64,000 nt of DNA from Desulfobacterales bacterium (GTDB taxonomy: Bacteria > Desulfobacterota > Desulfobacteria > Desulfobacterales > SpSt-501): positions 70,827-134,826 of the forward strand of contig JAUQXK010000127.1 in the NCBI GenBank assembly GCA_030834695.1, read 5' to 3'. The number at the start of each line of letters is the position of its first letter. Position 1 is the first letter of the stretch. The position numbers were made by a program, and so were the translations under genes. Positions 1-9,672 of the stretch are shown here, one piece after another. Below the pieces are notes generated by a model. The model saw only the letters and a program-made list of their open reading frames with translations. It searched no databases and was not told the DNA's origin.

Positions 1-191
1 TTTAAGAGCTTCCATTGGACGGTGGGCAGGTTCTGGACCCCGTCCAGTCCAATCAATTCCCATTGCGGCATCCGCTCTTTGACTGAAACGACGAATGGTC
101 TTCCCGGAAAGGCCAGTTCTCTTGCAATCACGGAAACCAGTTGTTCTCTGGTATTCTCCAGGCCCTCACAGGTTACCTCTTCCAAAGTCAT
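1..191 (-). CDS. possible 5' part of a hypothetical protein running off the window edge (MTLEEVTCEGLENTREQLVSVIARELAFPGRPF...)
   Basis: ATG at 189-191 (minus) opens a frame with no stop down to position 1. It is absent from the ORF track because it is truncated. No clear RBS and no family recognised. Confidence 0.2.
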   Translation of the reverse strand, partial: MTLEEVTCEGLENTREQLVSVIARELAFPGRPFVVSVKERMPQWELIGLDGVQNLPTVQWKLL

Positions 192-385
192 GTCTCGAAA
201 TTCGGCTTCGAAGACGGGTCGGATATCGGCACCTCGGCGATGCCGGGGCGGGACGTCGACGGCATCGCCTCCCGGGCGGTGGTGCGGCTGGAGCGGAGAG
301 CGGACGGACGCGGGGTAAAGGCCGGTGCTGCTGGGAGCCGGGATGCACGGGCTTCTGCCCGACTGCAGGCCGGACCCGGGCTGGC

Positions 386-1198
386 TCAGCCCAGGTCGCC
401 GAAGAAGGACTTGATGCCGGCGTAAAGGGACGCGGCGGCGGTGGCGGCGGGTGCTGCGACCTTCATCAGCTTGTCGATTTTCTTACCCGCCTTCTCGATG
501 CCCAGCTTGCCGTCCTCGTCCGGCGTCACCGCGCGGGCGACCAAGAGCAACACGCGGTGGGGCGGCGAGCCCTTTTCCTTGAACGCCGGAAGGAACTCCC
601 CCACCATGACGCCGGCGGCGAAGGCGAGGCCGATGCCGAGCACATACTCCGCAGTCTCGCGCAGGTCGCGCCCGTCCTGCGGCAGGACCGGGACCTTGTC
701 GATCGTGGCGGTGACCGCCAGCATCGCCCAGACTGCAGCCAGCGAGACGACGAAGCCCGCGCCGGCCGATTTCCAGAACCGCCCCGCGAAATGCGAGGCC
801 AGCAGGAAACCGAACGGCATCGGGATCAGGAGGGTGGCGACGCGCAGGATGAGCGGCTTGACGTCGAAGACGAAGAGCAGGACGCCATGCGCCGCGACCA
901 GCAGCGCGAAAGCCGGCAGCAGCGTCTTGAGCAGCGCGAGCGCATAGTCCGAGCGGGAACCTTCCACCTCCCCGCTCTCGACGGCGAGCTGCACCGGGAC
1001 CGCGCTGGCGGCCGCCTGCTTGAGTGCGGCCACCTCGGCCTCCAACGCCGCTATGCGCGTCTCCGCCCCCGCTGCAACCGCCTTCTCCAGCTGGGTAATC
1101 TTCTCCAGCAGCGGCTTGAACAGGTACAGGTCGTGCGCGCAGTGCGGGCAGGCGAGCGCCAAGTCGTCGATCTCGGAGATGCAGTAGGGGCATCGCAT
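386..1198 (-). CDS. zinc-ribbon / coiled-coil integral membrane protein, function unknown
   Basis: N-terminal CPYC-x12-CPHC zinc ribbon, an Ala/Glu coiled-coil stretch (AALEAEVAALKQ), then 4-5 hydrophobic helices. GC3-rich codons. Confidence 0.65.
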   Translation of the reverse strand: MRCPYCISEIDDLALACPHCAHDLYLFKPLLEKITQLEKAVAAGAETRIAALEAEVAALKQAAASAVPVQLAVESGEVEGSRSDYALALLKTLLPAFALLVAAHGVLLFVFDVKPLILRVATLLIPMPFGFLLASHFAGRFWKSAGAGFVVSLAAVWAMLAVTATIDKVPVLPQDGRDLRETAEYVLGIGLAFAAGVMVGEFLPAFKEKGSPPHRVLLLVARAVTPDEDGKLGIEKAGKKIDKLMKVAAPAATAAASLYAGIKSFFGDLG

Positions 1199-1210
1199 CG
1201 GGTACCGTGC

Positions 1211-1657
1211 CTACTTCACTGTCAGCTTGAATTCGGTTTTTCCCTCGCGGCCCTCGGTGTCGCGCACCGAGACCCGGAACGCGTGCTCGCCCGCCGGCGC
1301 CTGCGCCGAGGCGACCTCGATGCCTTCGGGCTTGATGCTGGCCTTCAGGCGCGCGGTGAGGTCCACGCCGGAGCCCCGCAGGTACTCCACCTTGACGCTC
1401 GCCGGGTCGATCTTGGTGCCGCCGTGCGGGGCAAACGCGACCTTCAGGGGGAATGTGCCGGAGACGTTCTCGGGCGTGACGAGCTTGACGCCCGGGCCGC
1501 GCGTGATGGCGCGGGTGCCGGGCATGGCGGCGGAGGCGGGCAGCTTGGCCTCGTCGTCGGTGACCAGTTTGAGCGCCTGCGCCTGGGCGGCGCCGGCGGG
1601 GAGGGTGAAAACGGCGGCGAGGGTGAAAGCGGCGACTGTAAGGATGCGTAACAGCAT
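1211..1657 (-). CDS. small secreted beta-rich protein, function unknown
   Basis: Internal ATG (1655-1657) follows a GGAGGT RBS. Signal peptide MLLRILTVAAFTLAAVFTLPAGAAQA. The gene ends 12 nt upstream of the next gene. The longest ORF (to 1945) is probably an over-extension. Confidence 0.65.
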   Translation of the reverse strand: MLLRILTVAAFTLAAVFTLPAGAAQAQALKLVTDDEAKLPASAAMPGTRAITRGPGVKLVTPENVSGTFPLKVAFAPHGGTKIDPASVKVEYLRGSGVDLTARLKASIKPEGIEVASAQAPAGEHAFRVSVRDTEGREGKTEFKLTVK

Positions 1658-2289
1658 GGCTACCTCCTGAGTTTGATTGAGATTGGTCAGCCCTGCTTGA
1701 ACGAAACCAGTTCGACGCGCTCGGCGTGCATTAGGTTGTTGTTGAAGCGGCGGTATTCCTCTCGCACCAGCGTCCGCGCACCAACGCCGGGGTGTGCTAC
1801 CCCGTGACTTCAATGGGATATAAGCCTGCTTTTGAAGGACGGTGGTTGCCCAAAGGTATGATTGCGGTCCGGAAACCATCCTACCCCAAAATATGGGTCG
1901 CCCGATTTCTCTATACTGGAAGTACTCTCGTACCACTATCGTCATGAGCCGTCAATAAGGGGACGGCCTAACTGCTTTTTCTAACATCAGTCATTGGTTG
2001 TATCGGCGATGATCCTCAACTTTCGCTTAGCGGCAGGTCCGAACTGCTAATCTCATCGACTGTCACGAGTCATTCTATGCCTCGGCGAAGGGTATTCCTG
2101 CCATTAAGATGAAATTTTCTGCGCCGATAAAAATTTCATATTCCCAACCACTTTCTATCACCTAAAAACCGTTGGGCTGTGTTTGGGGATACTGACAGCG
2201 ACAGTGGATATATCAAGTTTCAAAAACCGTGAGGTAGGCAGAGTCCATCCCTGGTAAAGGGACTATTTGATTTGAGTATTTAATTTGAG

Positions 2290-2318
2290 TTGACATGGGC
2301 TGCCCGGAAATAGATGAT
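2290..2318 (+). promoter_or_regulatory. candidate sigma70 promoter for the aldo/keto reductase gene
   Basis: TTGACA (2290-2295), a 17-nt spacer, then GATGAT (2313-2318), about 45 nt upstream of the ATG. It is preceded by ATTTGAG direct repeats. Confidence 0.3.
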
Positions 2319-2362
2319 TGAAGAGCCGCCCAGAAGACTCGATTTAAGGGAAGACTGAACTT

Positions 2363-3565
2363 ATGGATTACGAAAAAGATTTCTCACGCCGGGATTTTCT
2401 GAAAACCACCGGAGCGGCCGGCCTCGGCCTGCTGGCGGCGGCCGCGGTTCCGCCGCCGCTGGGCGCGCAGGACCCCGGCCGGGTGGGCACCCGGCCGTTC
2501 GGAAAAACCGGCGAGCAGGTCGCCATTTTATCGCTGGGCGGGATGTTCGACATCCCCAGCAACCAGCTCATGCTGCGGCAGGCGGTCAAGTGGGGCGTCA
2601 CGTACTGGGACACCGCCAATTCCTACGAAGGCGGCAACAGCGAGCTCGGCATCGGCAAGTACTTCGCGAAATATCCGGAGGACCGCAAAAGCATTTTTCT
2701 CGTGACCAAGTCGACCGCCTGGACGCTCAAGGGCATGACCGAGCACCTCGATCTTTCACTCGAGCGCATGCGCACGGATCATGTCGACCTGTTCTTCGTC
2801 CACGCCATCCGCAGCATTTCCAGCATGAACAAGGACATGCGGGCGTGGGGCGAAACGGCCAAGGCCCAGGGCAAGATCCGCTTCTTCGGATTCAGCACCC
2901 ACAGCAACATGGAGGAATGCCTGCTCGGAGCGGCCCCCCTGGGGTGGATCGACGGCATCATGATGACCTACAACTACCGCCTGATGCACACCGACGCCAT
3001 GCGCCGGGCGGTGGATGCCTGTGCCAAGGCCGGAATCGGGCTGACCGCCATGAAGACCCAGGGCGGCGGACAGGTTCTGACCAGCGGCGCCAACGAACTC
3101 AACCTGGGCGGGCGTTTCCTCCAAAGCGGCTATACGCAGGGTCAGGCCAAGCTCAAGGCGGTGTGGGAAAACGCCCAGATCGCCTGCATCTGCGCGCAGA
3201 TGCCGACCATGGCGCTGCTTTCCGAAAACGCCGCGGCGGCCATGAACAAAACGCGCCTGTCCGCTCTTGAACGGGAGGCCTTGGCCGGCGACGCATTGGC
3301 CGGCGCCTCCGGCTACTGCGCCGGGTGCACCCGCTTCTGCGAGCCGGCCCTGGCCGGCGCCGTTCCGGTGGGGAAGGTGATGCGCTACCTCATGTACAGC
3401 CGCAGCTACGGCAACCGCGATTATGCCCGGAGCCGCTTCCATTCCATCGCTCCGGAGGCCCGCGCCGCCATGGCGAGGCTGGACTACGCCGCCGCGGAAA
3501 AACGCTGCCCGCACGGGATGCCGATCGGCCGGCTGATGAATGAAGCGCTGATCGAACTCGCCTAA
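2363..3565 (+). CDS. Tat-exported aldo/keto reductase with C-terminal Cys-rich (Fe-S-like) extension
   Basis: RRDFLKTTGAAGLGLLAAAA twin-arginine signal. AKR core motifs (YWDTANSYEGGNSE, VDLFFVHA). C-terminal CAGCTRFCE...C cluster. Confidence 0.85.
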   Translation: MDYEKDFSRRDFLKTTGAAGLGLLAAAAVPPPLGAQDPGRVGTRPFGKTGEQVAILSLGGMFDIPSNQLMLRQAVKWGVTYWDTANSYEGGNSELGIGKYFAKYPEDRKSIFLVTKSTAWTLKGMTEHLDLSLERMRTDHVDLFFVHAIRSISSMNKDMRAWGETAKAQGKIRFFGFSTHSNMEECLLGAAPLGWIDGIMMTYNYRLMHTDAMRRAVDACAKAGIGLTAMKTQGGGQVLTSGANELNLGGRFLQSGYTQGQAKLKAVWENAQIACICAQMPTMALLSENAAAAMNKTRLSALEREALAGDALAGASGYCAGCTRFCEPALAGAVPVGKVMRYLMYSRSYGNRDYARSRFHSIAPEARAAMARLDYAAAEKRCPHGMPIGRLMNEALIELA

Positions 3566-3592
3566 GGTCTCCCGCCCGACGCGGCATCCGAC

Positions 3593-3734
3593 CGCAGTTA
3601 TTAAGGGTCTCATAATTGTCTTTACGTTGTCATTCCGGCATGCTTTTAGCCGGAATCCAGTAAATTCAACCCATTCTGGATGCCGGACAAGCCTGCCCCG
3701 GAAGTTATTGATCCGGGGTCCGGCATGACGGTAC
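3593..3734 (+). repeat. intergenic REP-like element, family 1 type B
   Basis: GCAGTTATTAAGGGTCTCATAA module, then GTCATTCCGGC...GCCGGAATCCAG hairpin, then GGATGCCGGAC...GTCCGGCATGACGGTAC hairpin. Copies also at 44531 and 45249. Confidence 0.85.
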
Positions 3735-3750
3735 TATTTCGCGACGATTC

Positions 3751-4341
3751 TTACGTGTCTGAGTCGCGCTGCGACGACAACTGCAGCTCGGAAAACGCTC
3801 GTTCCAGCTTCCGCTCCCTCAGCAGCGCCTGAGCCCGGCTGCGGAGGGCCTGCCGGGGATCCTGGGCCGGCGCCGGGTCGACGAACGCGAAATACAGCGC
3901 CTGGATCAGGAAAAACATCCATAGCCCCAGCGCCCAACCTGCAATGCCCGACGGCCGCAGCACGCCGCATAGCGCCAGACCGGCCGCCATCGTGAGGATT
4001 TCGGCGGCGGCTCGGCGGACGACCGGCCCCGGAAAGCAGACCCCGCTGCGGATCCAGGCCAGGCCGGCGGCGGCCGGGATCACGAACCCGGTGACGGAAT
4101 CGGCGCTGGCCAGGACGGCCGAAAGCAGCAGAAGTGGGGCTGCGAGCGCCCGGCCGGGCTTTCCACTCAACCGCGCGAGCAATGCCGCGTAAGCCGCCAG
4201 GCACAGGAACAGCGCTGTGTTCAACCGGGCCGGCCACGCAGCGAAGTGAAGCGGCAGGCTGATCGCGCCGGCCGACAGCAGGGCGGCGGCCCCGCCGAAT
4301 ATCGCCGTTGCCGTGATGGGCGAGATTCTGTTCATGGGCAT
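3751..4341 (-). CDS. polytopic membrane protein, function unknown
   Basis: 196-aa ORF that is almost entirely hydrophobic helices, 8 nt downstream of the VWA gene on the same strand. Confidence 0.6.
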   Translation of the reverse strand: MPMNRISPITATAIFGGAAALLSAGAISLPLHFAAWPARLNTALFLCLAAYAALLARLSGKPGRALAAPLLLLSAVLASADSVTGFVIPAAAGLAWIRSGVCFPGPVVRRAAAEILTMAAGLALCGVLRPSGIAGWALGLWMFFLIQALYFAFVDPAPAQDPRQALRSRAQALLRERKLERAFSELQLSSQRDSDT

Positions 4342-4349
4342 TCTCCTAT

Positions 4350-5777
4350 CTACGGGGTGCGCCGGTTCGAATAGCCCTCATACTGCAGCGACTTGGCGCT
4401 CGACTTCTGTTTTTCCATGACGGCGGCCGGAGCGCCCAGGAAGGTTTCGTCAACGCGCTGGCGGAGTTCGCTCACATCCTTTTCCAGATTGCGGCTGACC
4501 TCCGGCGACCGAACCGTGGCGTTCAATGCGCGCTGCTCGGAATGGTAGGTGTCGATACGTTTCATGGCCTCCTCCCGGCTGCCGGCGCTGATCTCGGCCG
4601 CAACCTCCTGCTTCAGGCGATTGTAATCATCGGTCAGAACCTTTTGCTCCCAGCGCGTGCGGTCGATGGAAGAGAGCACCCGGGCTTCGTCGCCGACGCA
4701 GGCCACCTGGAGAGGGTGCTCCAGTGCGGTTTCGCGCGTCTCGCCCTGGTGCTGGTAGCGCGCGGAGACACGGCCGAGATCGATGCTGTTTTCCCTGTCC
4801 GTCGGCACTTGGAGGGTCAGGAACAGCCGCCGGGTTTGACCGGGCTTCAGGCTGCCGGGGTGGAACACGGCCCGGTTGCCCGTCACGGCGACAGGGTATC
4901 CGGACGCATCCACGAGACGCCCGCCGGCGGGCAAATCCACCTGGACGGTGATCCCGGTGACCCAAGCCGATTGGACGGCGCGAAATTCCATCTGGAACAC
5001 CTCGGCAAAAGCCGCCGGATTCTCAAGGTAATAATAGGAGCCGGCGCCGCGGTCGGCGATCTGGGTCATCAGGAACTCGTTGAAGTCGGCGCCCACGCCC
5101 ACCGTGCTGACGCCGAACTCCTTTCCGGCCGCCGCCGCTGCCATGCGGCCCAGTGCGGCCGGATCCGTCAGCCCGCGGTTGGCGAGGCCGTCGGAGATCA
5201 GGATCACCCGCCCCGCCCGGCCCGGATTTCCGGAAGCCGTGATCAGGTCGATGCCCGCCCGCAAACCCTCTCCCAGGTTGGTGGCGCCGTTTGCGGAGAT
5301 GCCGTTCACGGCGGCGTGCATCAGGCCGCGGTTGAGATCGTTGACCGGAAGCAGGTCGCAGTGTTTTTGAACGGCGTCCGAGTAGCTGAAAAGCGCGAAA
5401 CGGTCGCGCTCGGTAAGCCCGGGCAGCAGCCGGTGAAGCGACTGGCGGGCATGCTCCAATTTGGCGCCCTGCATGGAGCCGCTGCGGTCCAGGACCACCA
5501 CCAGATCGACGCCGCGCGGGACAGCGGTCGCCTCCTCCGTGCCCCGGCCGGCGGCCAGGACGAGTTCGAGGCTGACCCTTCCCGGCGAGCCCTTCAGCAC
5601 ATGGGTTTGAACCAGGTGGCCGGAGAGGGATAGGACGTTGTCGGCGGAAGCGACGAGCAGCGGTGGTGGCGACTGGGGTGCGCCCGGTTTGGCTTTGCCG
5701 GCGGTGGCCATGGCAGCCCCGGTCGCGATGATCAGGGCCAGGACCAGCATTACGGGTTTTGCATGCGGTTTTTTCAT
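4350..5777 (-). CDS. secreted von Willebrand factor type A (VWA) domain protein
   Basis: Signal peptide. MIDAS motif VVVLDRSGSMQG (DxSxS). ILISDGLAN motif. Long C-terminal extension. Confidence 0.85.
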   Translation of the reverse strand: MKKPHAKPVMLVLALIIATGAAMATAGKAKPGAPQSPPPLLVASADNVLSLSGHLVQTHVLKGSPGRVSLELVLAAGRGTEEATAVPRGVDLVVVLDRSGSMQGAKLEHARQSLHRLLPGLTERDRFALFSYSDAVQKHCDLLPVNDLNRGLMHAAVNGISANGATNLGEGLRAGIDLITASGNPGRAGRVILISDGLANRGLTDPAALGRMAAAAAGKEFGVSTVGVGADFNEFLMTQIADRGAGSYYYLENPAAFAEVFQMEFRAVQSAWVTGITVQVDLPAGGRLVDASGYPVAVTGNRAVFHPGSLKPGQTRRLFLTLQVPTDRENSIDLGRVSARYQHQGETRETALEHPLQVACVGDEARVLSSIDRTRWEQKVLTDDYNRLKQEVAAEISAGSREEAMKRIDTYHSEQRALNATVRSPEVSRNLEKDVSELRQRVDETFLGAPAAVMEKQKSSAKSLQYEGYSNRRTP

Positions 5778-5952
5778 GAAGAACTCCTTTCGTTGGGTTG
5801 AAGTGCCGTCCGAACAGGCATCCTTGTCCGATGGCCCCTATTTTCGGGCTAAACGCGGCGCAGCTCAATTCAAAGAACCGCAAAAAGATTAGCTGAAATT
5901 TTTACAAAACTTTTGCTTTTATCCCGGTGCCCGCCGGGATAAAATAATTTGG

Positions 5953-6651
5953 ATGAAACAACCCAAAGCCCATATTCTGGTGGTCGAAGACGACGACGCT
6001 CTCCGGCAGGGCCTCCTGGACGTGCTGGTCTTTAACGGATACGCGGTGCGGGGGGTCGCCGACGGCGGCCAGGCGCTCCCGGCGATGCTGGAGGGCCCCT
6101 GCGACCTGGTCCTGCTCGATGTGATGCTCCCCGGCCTGGACGGGCTCTCCGTCTGCCGGGAGATTCGGCGGCGAAAACCGAACCAGGCCGTGGTCATGAT
6201 CACCGCCAAGGGTGCCGAGGACGACATCGTCGCCGGATTCAAGGCCGGTGCGGACGACTATGTTCCAAAACCCTTTTCGCTGCGGGAGCTGATGGTCCGG
6301 GTGGAGGCCGTGCTGCGGCGGGCCGGGAAAAATGCCGACGGCCAGCCGATCACGCTGGGCGACATCCGTTTCGACGGCCGGCAGCTCGTCGCCGAATGCC
6401 GCGGCCGCACGGTCGAGATCACCCGGCGGGAAATGGACATCGTCGTCTACCTGCACCGGCACTCGGGCCGCATCGTCAGCCGGAAGGAGCTGCTCACCGA
6501 AGTATGGCAGTACGCCGACGCCGGAATCGAGACCCGCACGGTGGACATCCACATGCTGAAGCTTCGCAAGAAAATCGCTGCTCTGACGGAGAACGCAGTG
6601 TTCATCACCACCGTCCGGGGCGAAGGCTACCGGCTGGAGCCTGCGCCATGA
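5953..6651 (+). CDS. OmpR/PhoB-family response regulator
   Basis: Receiver domain (ILVVEDDD, LLDVMLPGLDG, TAKG) plus winged-helix output (TVRGEGYRL). Confidence 0.9.
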   Translation: MKQPKAHILVVEDDDALRQGLLDVLVFNGYAVRGVADGGQALPAMLEGPCDLVLLDVMLPGLDGLSVCREIRRRKPNQAVVMITAKGAEDDIVAGFKAGADDYVPKPFSLRELMVRVEAVLRRAGKNADGQPITLGDIRFDGRQLVAECRGRTVEITRREMDIVVYLHRHSGRIVSRKELLTEVWQYADAGIETRTVDIHMLKLRKKIAALTENAVFITTVRGEGYRLEPAP

Positions 6652-8513
6652 AGTCCCTGAGACGCCTGATTCTGATATTCGCCGTCGGCCTCGCATGGCC
6701 GCTCGGCTACCTGGGAGTCCAGGCCTACCGCAGCCTGGACGCCGAGGAAGCCGCCACGTTCGGCTTTTTCGCGGAGGCGCTCTTCGATGCGATGCAGGCC
6801 TCCGCCGCCGAGTTGATCCGTCGCGAGGAAGCCCGCCCCGTCGATGCCTACGCCGGTCCGGCCGCATCGGCGCTCTCCGGACTTCCGGTCGAGGATTACA
6901 TCCGGGGTTATTTCCAGAACGATCCGGACGGCGGGTTTCAGACGCCGCACCGGTCATCGGCTCCGGCGGCTCCGCGGGAGTTGGCCTCGCGGCTGGCCGA
7001 ATTAGAAGAAGCCAACCGCGTGTTCAACCGCAAGCGGGCGGACGGGACGGATCGGGTGCGGGCGGAAACGGCCGGTACGGTCAGTGATGAGAAGCGCAGG
7101 GACCCGGCACGCTTTTCCGAAAAATACCTCGACCTGTCCCGCTCCCAGCGGTCCAAGAGCTACCTCGGCGAAAAGGACAGCCGCGTTCAGACAGTCACCC
7201 CGGAGCAGGCGTTCAACCTGTCCGGGGTTGAGAAAAAACAGGTGCCCCTGCAGCCGGCGCCCGCGGCCGGTGCGCCCGAACGAGAGCGCCGCAAGGCGGA
7301 GGCTCCGGCGGCGATCGCGCGGGAACCGGCGGTTTCCGCTTCGACCGCCGATCGCACCGCGGAGGCCGGAACGCCCGGAACGGAAGCGGAGTTGCAGGCG
7401 GAGGTGGCCCCGTTCCAATCGGTTTTCATCGACCCTGCGCGCGTGTTCGTCTTCCGCCGGATCCTGATCGAGGGCCGCATGTACCGCCAGGGGTTCGTGC
7501 TTCAGCTGGACCTTTTTTTGTCGCATCTGGCGCATACCCATTTCAGCCCGCAGCCGATGGCGGGCTTCGCGCACCTGCGGCTGAGAGCGGTCGATCAGGG
7601 CCGCGAAATGCGCACGAACGAGGCCGGAGCGTCCGCAGACCGGCCGCGCATCTCACTATCGCGCACCTTCCCGCCGCCGTTCGGCTTTGTGCAGGCGGCG
7701 CTGGCCTGCAACGACATTCCGCCCTCCGCCGGACGCGGCACGCTCAACCTGGCCTTGGCGGTCCTGGCCGGGGTCGTCGTGCTGGGCTTGCTGGCCATCT
7801 ACCACAGCACCGGTAAAATCCTCGATTTTTCCGACCGCCAATCCCGGTTCGTCTCCGCGGTGACGCACGAGCTCAAAACCCCGCTCACCAACATCCGCAT
7901 GTACATCGAGATGCTGGAACAGGGCATGGCCCGGGACCCCGAACGCGAGCAGGAGTATTTCCGGATCCTGCAGTCCGAGGGGGCCCGCCTGACGCGCCTG
8001 ATCACCAATGTGCTCGAGCTCGCCAAACTCGAAAAAAAGCACCGCCGGCCGAACCTGCAGAAAGGCGGCTTCGCCGAGGTGCTGGCGGACGTCGAAGACC
8101 TGATGCAGACCGCGCTCCAGCAGGCGGGGTTCCGGCTGAAGATCGAAAACACCCTGCGCGAACCGTTTCGCTACGACCGCGAGATCATGGTCCAGGTCCT
8201 GATCAATCTGATCGAAAACAGCCTGAAATTCGGCCGGTCATCGCCGGTAAAAGAGATCACCCTGCGCCTCAGTGAGGCGGGCGACCATGTCGGGATCGAA
8301 GTGGCCGACACCGGTCCCGGCATCCCGGCCGGAGACCTGAAGAAGGTCTTCACCGATTTCTACCGAGCCGACAATGCCGTAACCTCCGCCGCGGGGGGAA
8401 CCGGCATCGGGTTGGCGCTGGTCCGGCGCTTCGTGGCCCTGCTGGGCGGAAGGATCGCAGCGGCCAACAATACGGGTACCGGGTGCACCATCCGAATCGA
8501 TCTCCCGCGATGA
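6648..8513 (+). CDS. sensor histidine kinase
   Basis: ATG 6648 overlaps the regulator stop (ATGA). Two TM segments. H-box SAVTHELKTPLT. N and G boxes (LINLIENSLKF, DTGPGI, GGTGIGLAL). The longest ORF from 6396 overlaps the regulator and is rejected. Confidence 0.85.
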   Translation: MKSLRRLILIFAVGLAWPLGYLGVQAYRSLDAEEAATFGFFAEALFDAMQASAAELIRREEARPVDAYAGPAASALSGLPVEDYIRGYFQNDPDGGFQTPHRSSAPAAPRELASRLAELEEANRVFNRKRADGTDRVRAETAGTVSDEKRRDPARFSEKYLDLSRSQRSKSYLGEKDSRVQTVTPEQAFNLSGVEKKQVPLQPAPAAGAPERERRKAEAPAAIAREPAVSASTADRTAEAGTPGTEAELQAEVAPFQSVFIDPARVFVFRRILIEGRMYRQGFVLQLDLFLSHLAHTHFSPQPMAGFAHLRLRAVDQGREMRTNEAGASADRPRISLSRTFPPPFGFVQAALACNDIPPSAGRGTLNLALAVLAGVVVLGLLAIYHSTGKILDFSDRQSRFVSAVTHELKTPLTNIRMYIEMLEQGMARDPEREQEYFRILQSEGARLTRLITNVLELAKLEKKHRRPNLQKGGFAEVLADVEDLMQTALQQAGFRLKIENTLREPFRYDREIMVQVLINLIENSLKFGRSSPVKEITLRLSEAGDHVGIEVADTGPGIPAGDLKKVFTDFYRADNAVTSAAGGTGIGLALVRRFVALLGGRIAAANNTGTGCTIRIDLPR

Positions 8514-8621
8514 AAACGGAATCCTCAAACCGATTGGCCAAATTTTATTGTCGTACGCCATGAAAGTTGATATGGAGTTTGCTGCCGATCCGAGCGAAGG
8601 CATGCCGACAGAAAAACCGTT

Positions 8622-8763
8622 TCAATGATGATGAACTCGTAACACGTCGGAAACACTTTTTTTGTCATTCCGGCGAAAGCCGGAATCCATTTATTTCATA
8701 ATGTTCTGGACCCCGGCGTTCGCCGGGGTGGCGACCCAAATGGCTTTTTACGATTTCTCAATG
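8622..8763 (+). repeat. intergenic REP-like element, family 1 type A
   Basis: GATGAACTCGTAA... module, then GTCATTCCGGCGAAAGCCGGAATCC hairpin, then CCCCGGCGTTCGCCGGGG hairpin and a TTTTTACGA tail. Confidence 0.85.
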
Positions 8764-8810
8764 ATATCGATAATTTCGAATTCCGATTGAGGGGCATTCA
8801 AAGGGGGACG

Positions 8811-9293
8811 ATGACGATGCGCAAGACGGCCTGGTTGATCATGATCGTAGCGGCGGTTGGACTGATCGGTGGCGTGAAAGCCTTCTCGGGCGCAGCGGCG
8901 CCGGAGGATATGTGCGTTCCGATGGGCAAGATCGTCCTCAAGGCGCCGGATGGGGTTCAGTCCAAGCGGTCGGCCGTGGAATTCCCGCATGCCCGGCATT
9001 TCGATATCGCCTGTATCACCTGCCACCACACTTGGGGCCTGACCGAGCCGATCGCCGGGTGCATGACCTCCGGGTGCCACGATCTGGCTGAAATCGCAAA
9101 ACCCAAGCCCGGCCAGCCTCGCGACGACGGGACCGACATCACCTACTTCAGGGCCGCCTACCACAAGCTGTGCATCAACTGCCACAAAGAGGCCAAGATC
9201 AAGAGTCTGGCCCTGCAGAAGGCTCTCAAGACGTCGAGCAAGCCGATGCCGAAAACGGGCCCGACCTCCTGCTCGGAATGCCACCCCAAATAA
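8811..9293 (+). CDS. periplasmic tetraheme cytochrome c3-family protein
   Basis: Four heme-binding motifs in 160 aa: CITCH, CMTSGCH (CX4CH), CINCH, CSECH. Signal peptide. ATG 8811 follows a GGGGGA RBS. Confidence 0.85.
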   Translation: MTMRKTAWLIMIVAAVGLIGGVKAFSGAAAPEDMCVPMGKIVLKAPDGVQSKRSAVEFPHARHFDIACITCHHTWGLTEPIAGCMTSGCHDLAEIAKPKPGQPRDDGTDITYFRAAYHKLCINCHKEAKIKSLALQKALKTSSKPMPKTGPTSCSECHPK

Positions 9294-9294
9294 A

Positions 9295-9657
9295 TCAGTG
9301 CAGACGGCTTCGCCGCAAGCGCGTGAGGTCTTCCAGGGAGGCGGTGAATTTTTGACACGGCCTCCCCCGACCGCGGGTGAACACGGACAGGTTGAGCCCT
9401 TCGTCGTCGAAGTTCAAGAAAAAACCGGCGACATCCTCATCCCCTGGACTGCGGCCGGCCGGCCCGGCTGACCGGCTGCCGGCGCTCATGAGCCTTTGCA
9501 GCGCCTGAACCGCCGGCGACGAACCCTCCTGAACGCTTTGCGCCTGGCTCCAATCCCCCAGCGAATAGGCATCGATCATCCGCCGGAGCACCCGTGACAG
9601 CGTGGTTCCCCCCGCGAAACATCCGACCCCGGTCATCCGAATATCGGCATTGTTCAT
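9295..9657 (-). CDS. hypothetical protein (120 aa), second gene of a two-gene cassette
   Basis: ATG preceded by a GGAGGG RBS that overlaps the stop of the upstream small ORF. GC3-rich. No family recognised. Confidence 0.5.
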   Translation of the reverse strand: MNNADIRMTGVGCFAGGTTLSRVLRRMIDAYSLGDWSQAQSVQEGSSPAVQALQRLMSAGSRSAGPAGRSPGDEDVAGFFLNFDDEGLNLSVFTRGRGRPCQKFTASLEDLTRLRRSRLH

Positions 9658-9672
9658 TTGGGTCCGCCCTCC

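Noticed and set aside
95-1651. 518-aa plus-strand ORF and many similar long ORFs (e.g. 12134-13621, 14585-16204, 18136-19500, 37379-38641, 46089-47348, 5902-6957, 52607-53563, 49117-50034)
   Set aside because: They lie antisense to, or out of frame with, genes that have clear family signatures. They are Arg/Gly/Pro/Ala-rich low-complexity translations typical of shadow ORFs in high-GC DNA, and they have no RBS or recognisable motifs.
1968-1990. CCTAACTGCTTTTTCTAACATC as a further Pho-box-like site
   Set aside because: The half-sites are 13 bp apart, not 11, and lie about 390 nt from the nearest start codon. The site is not counted in the motif set.
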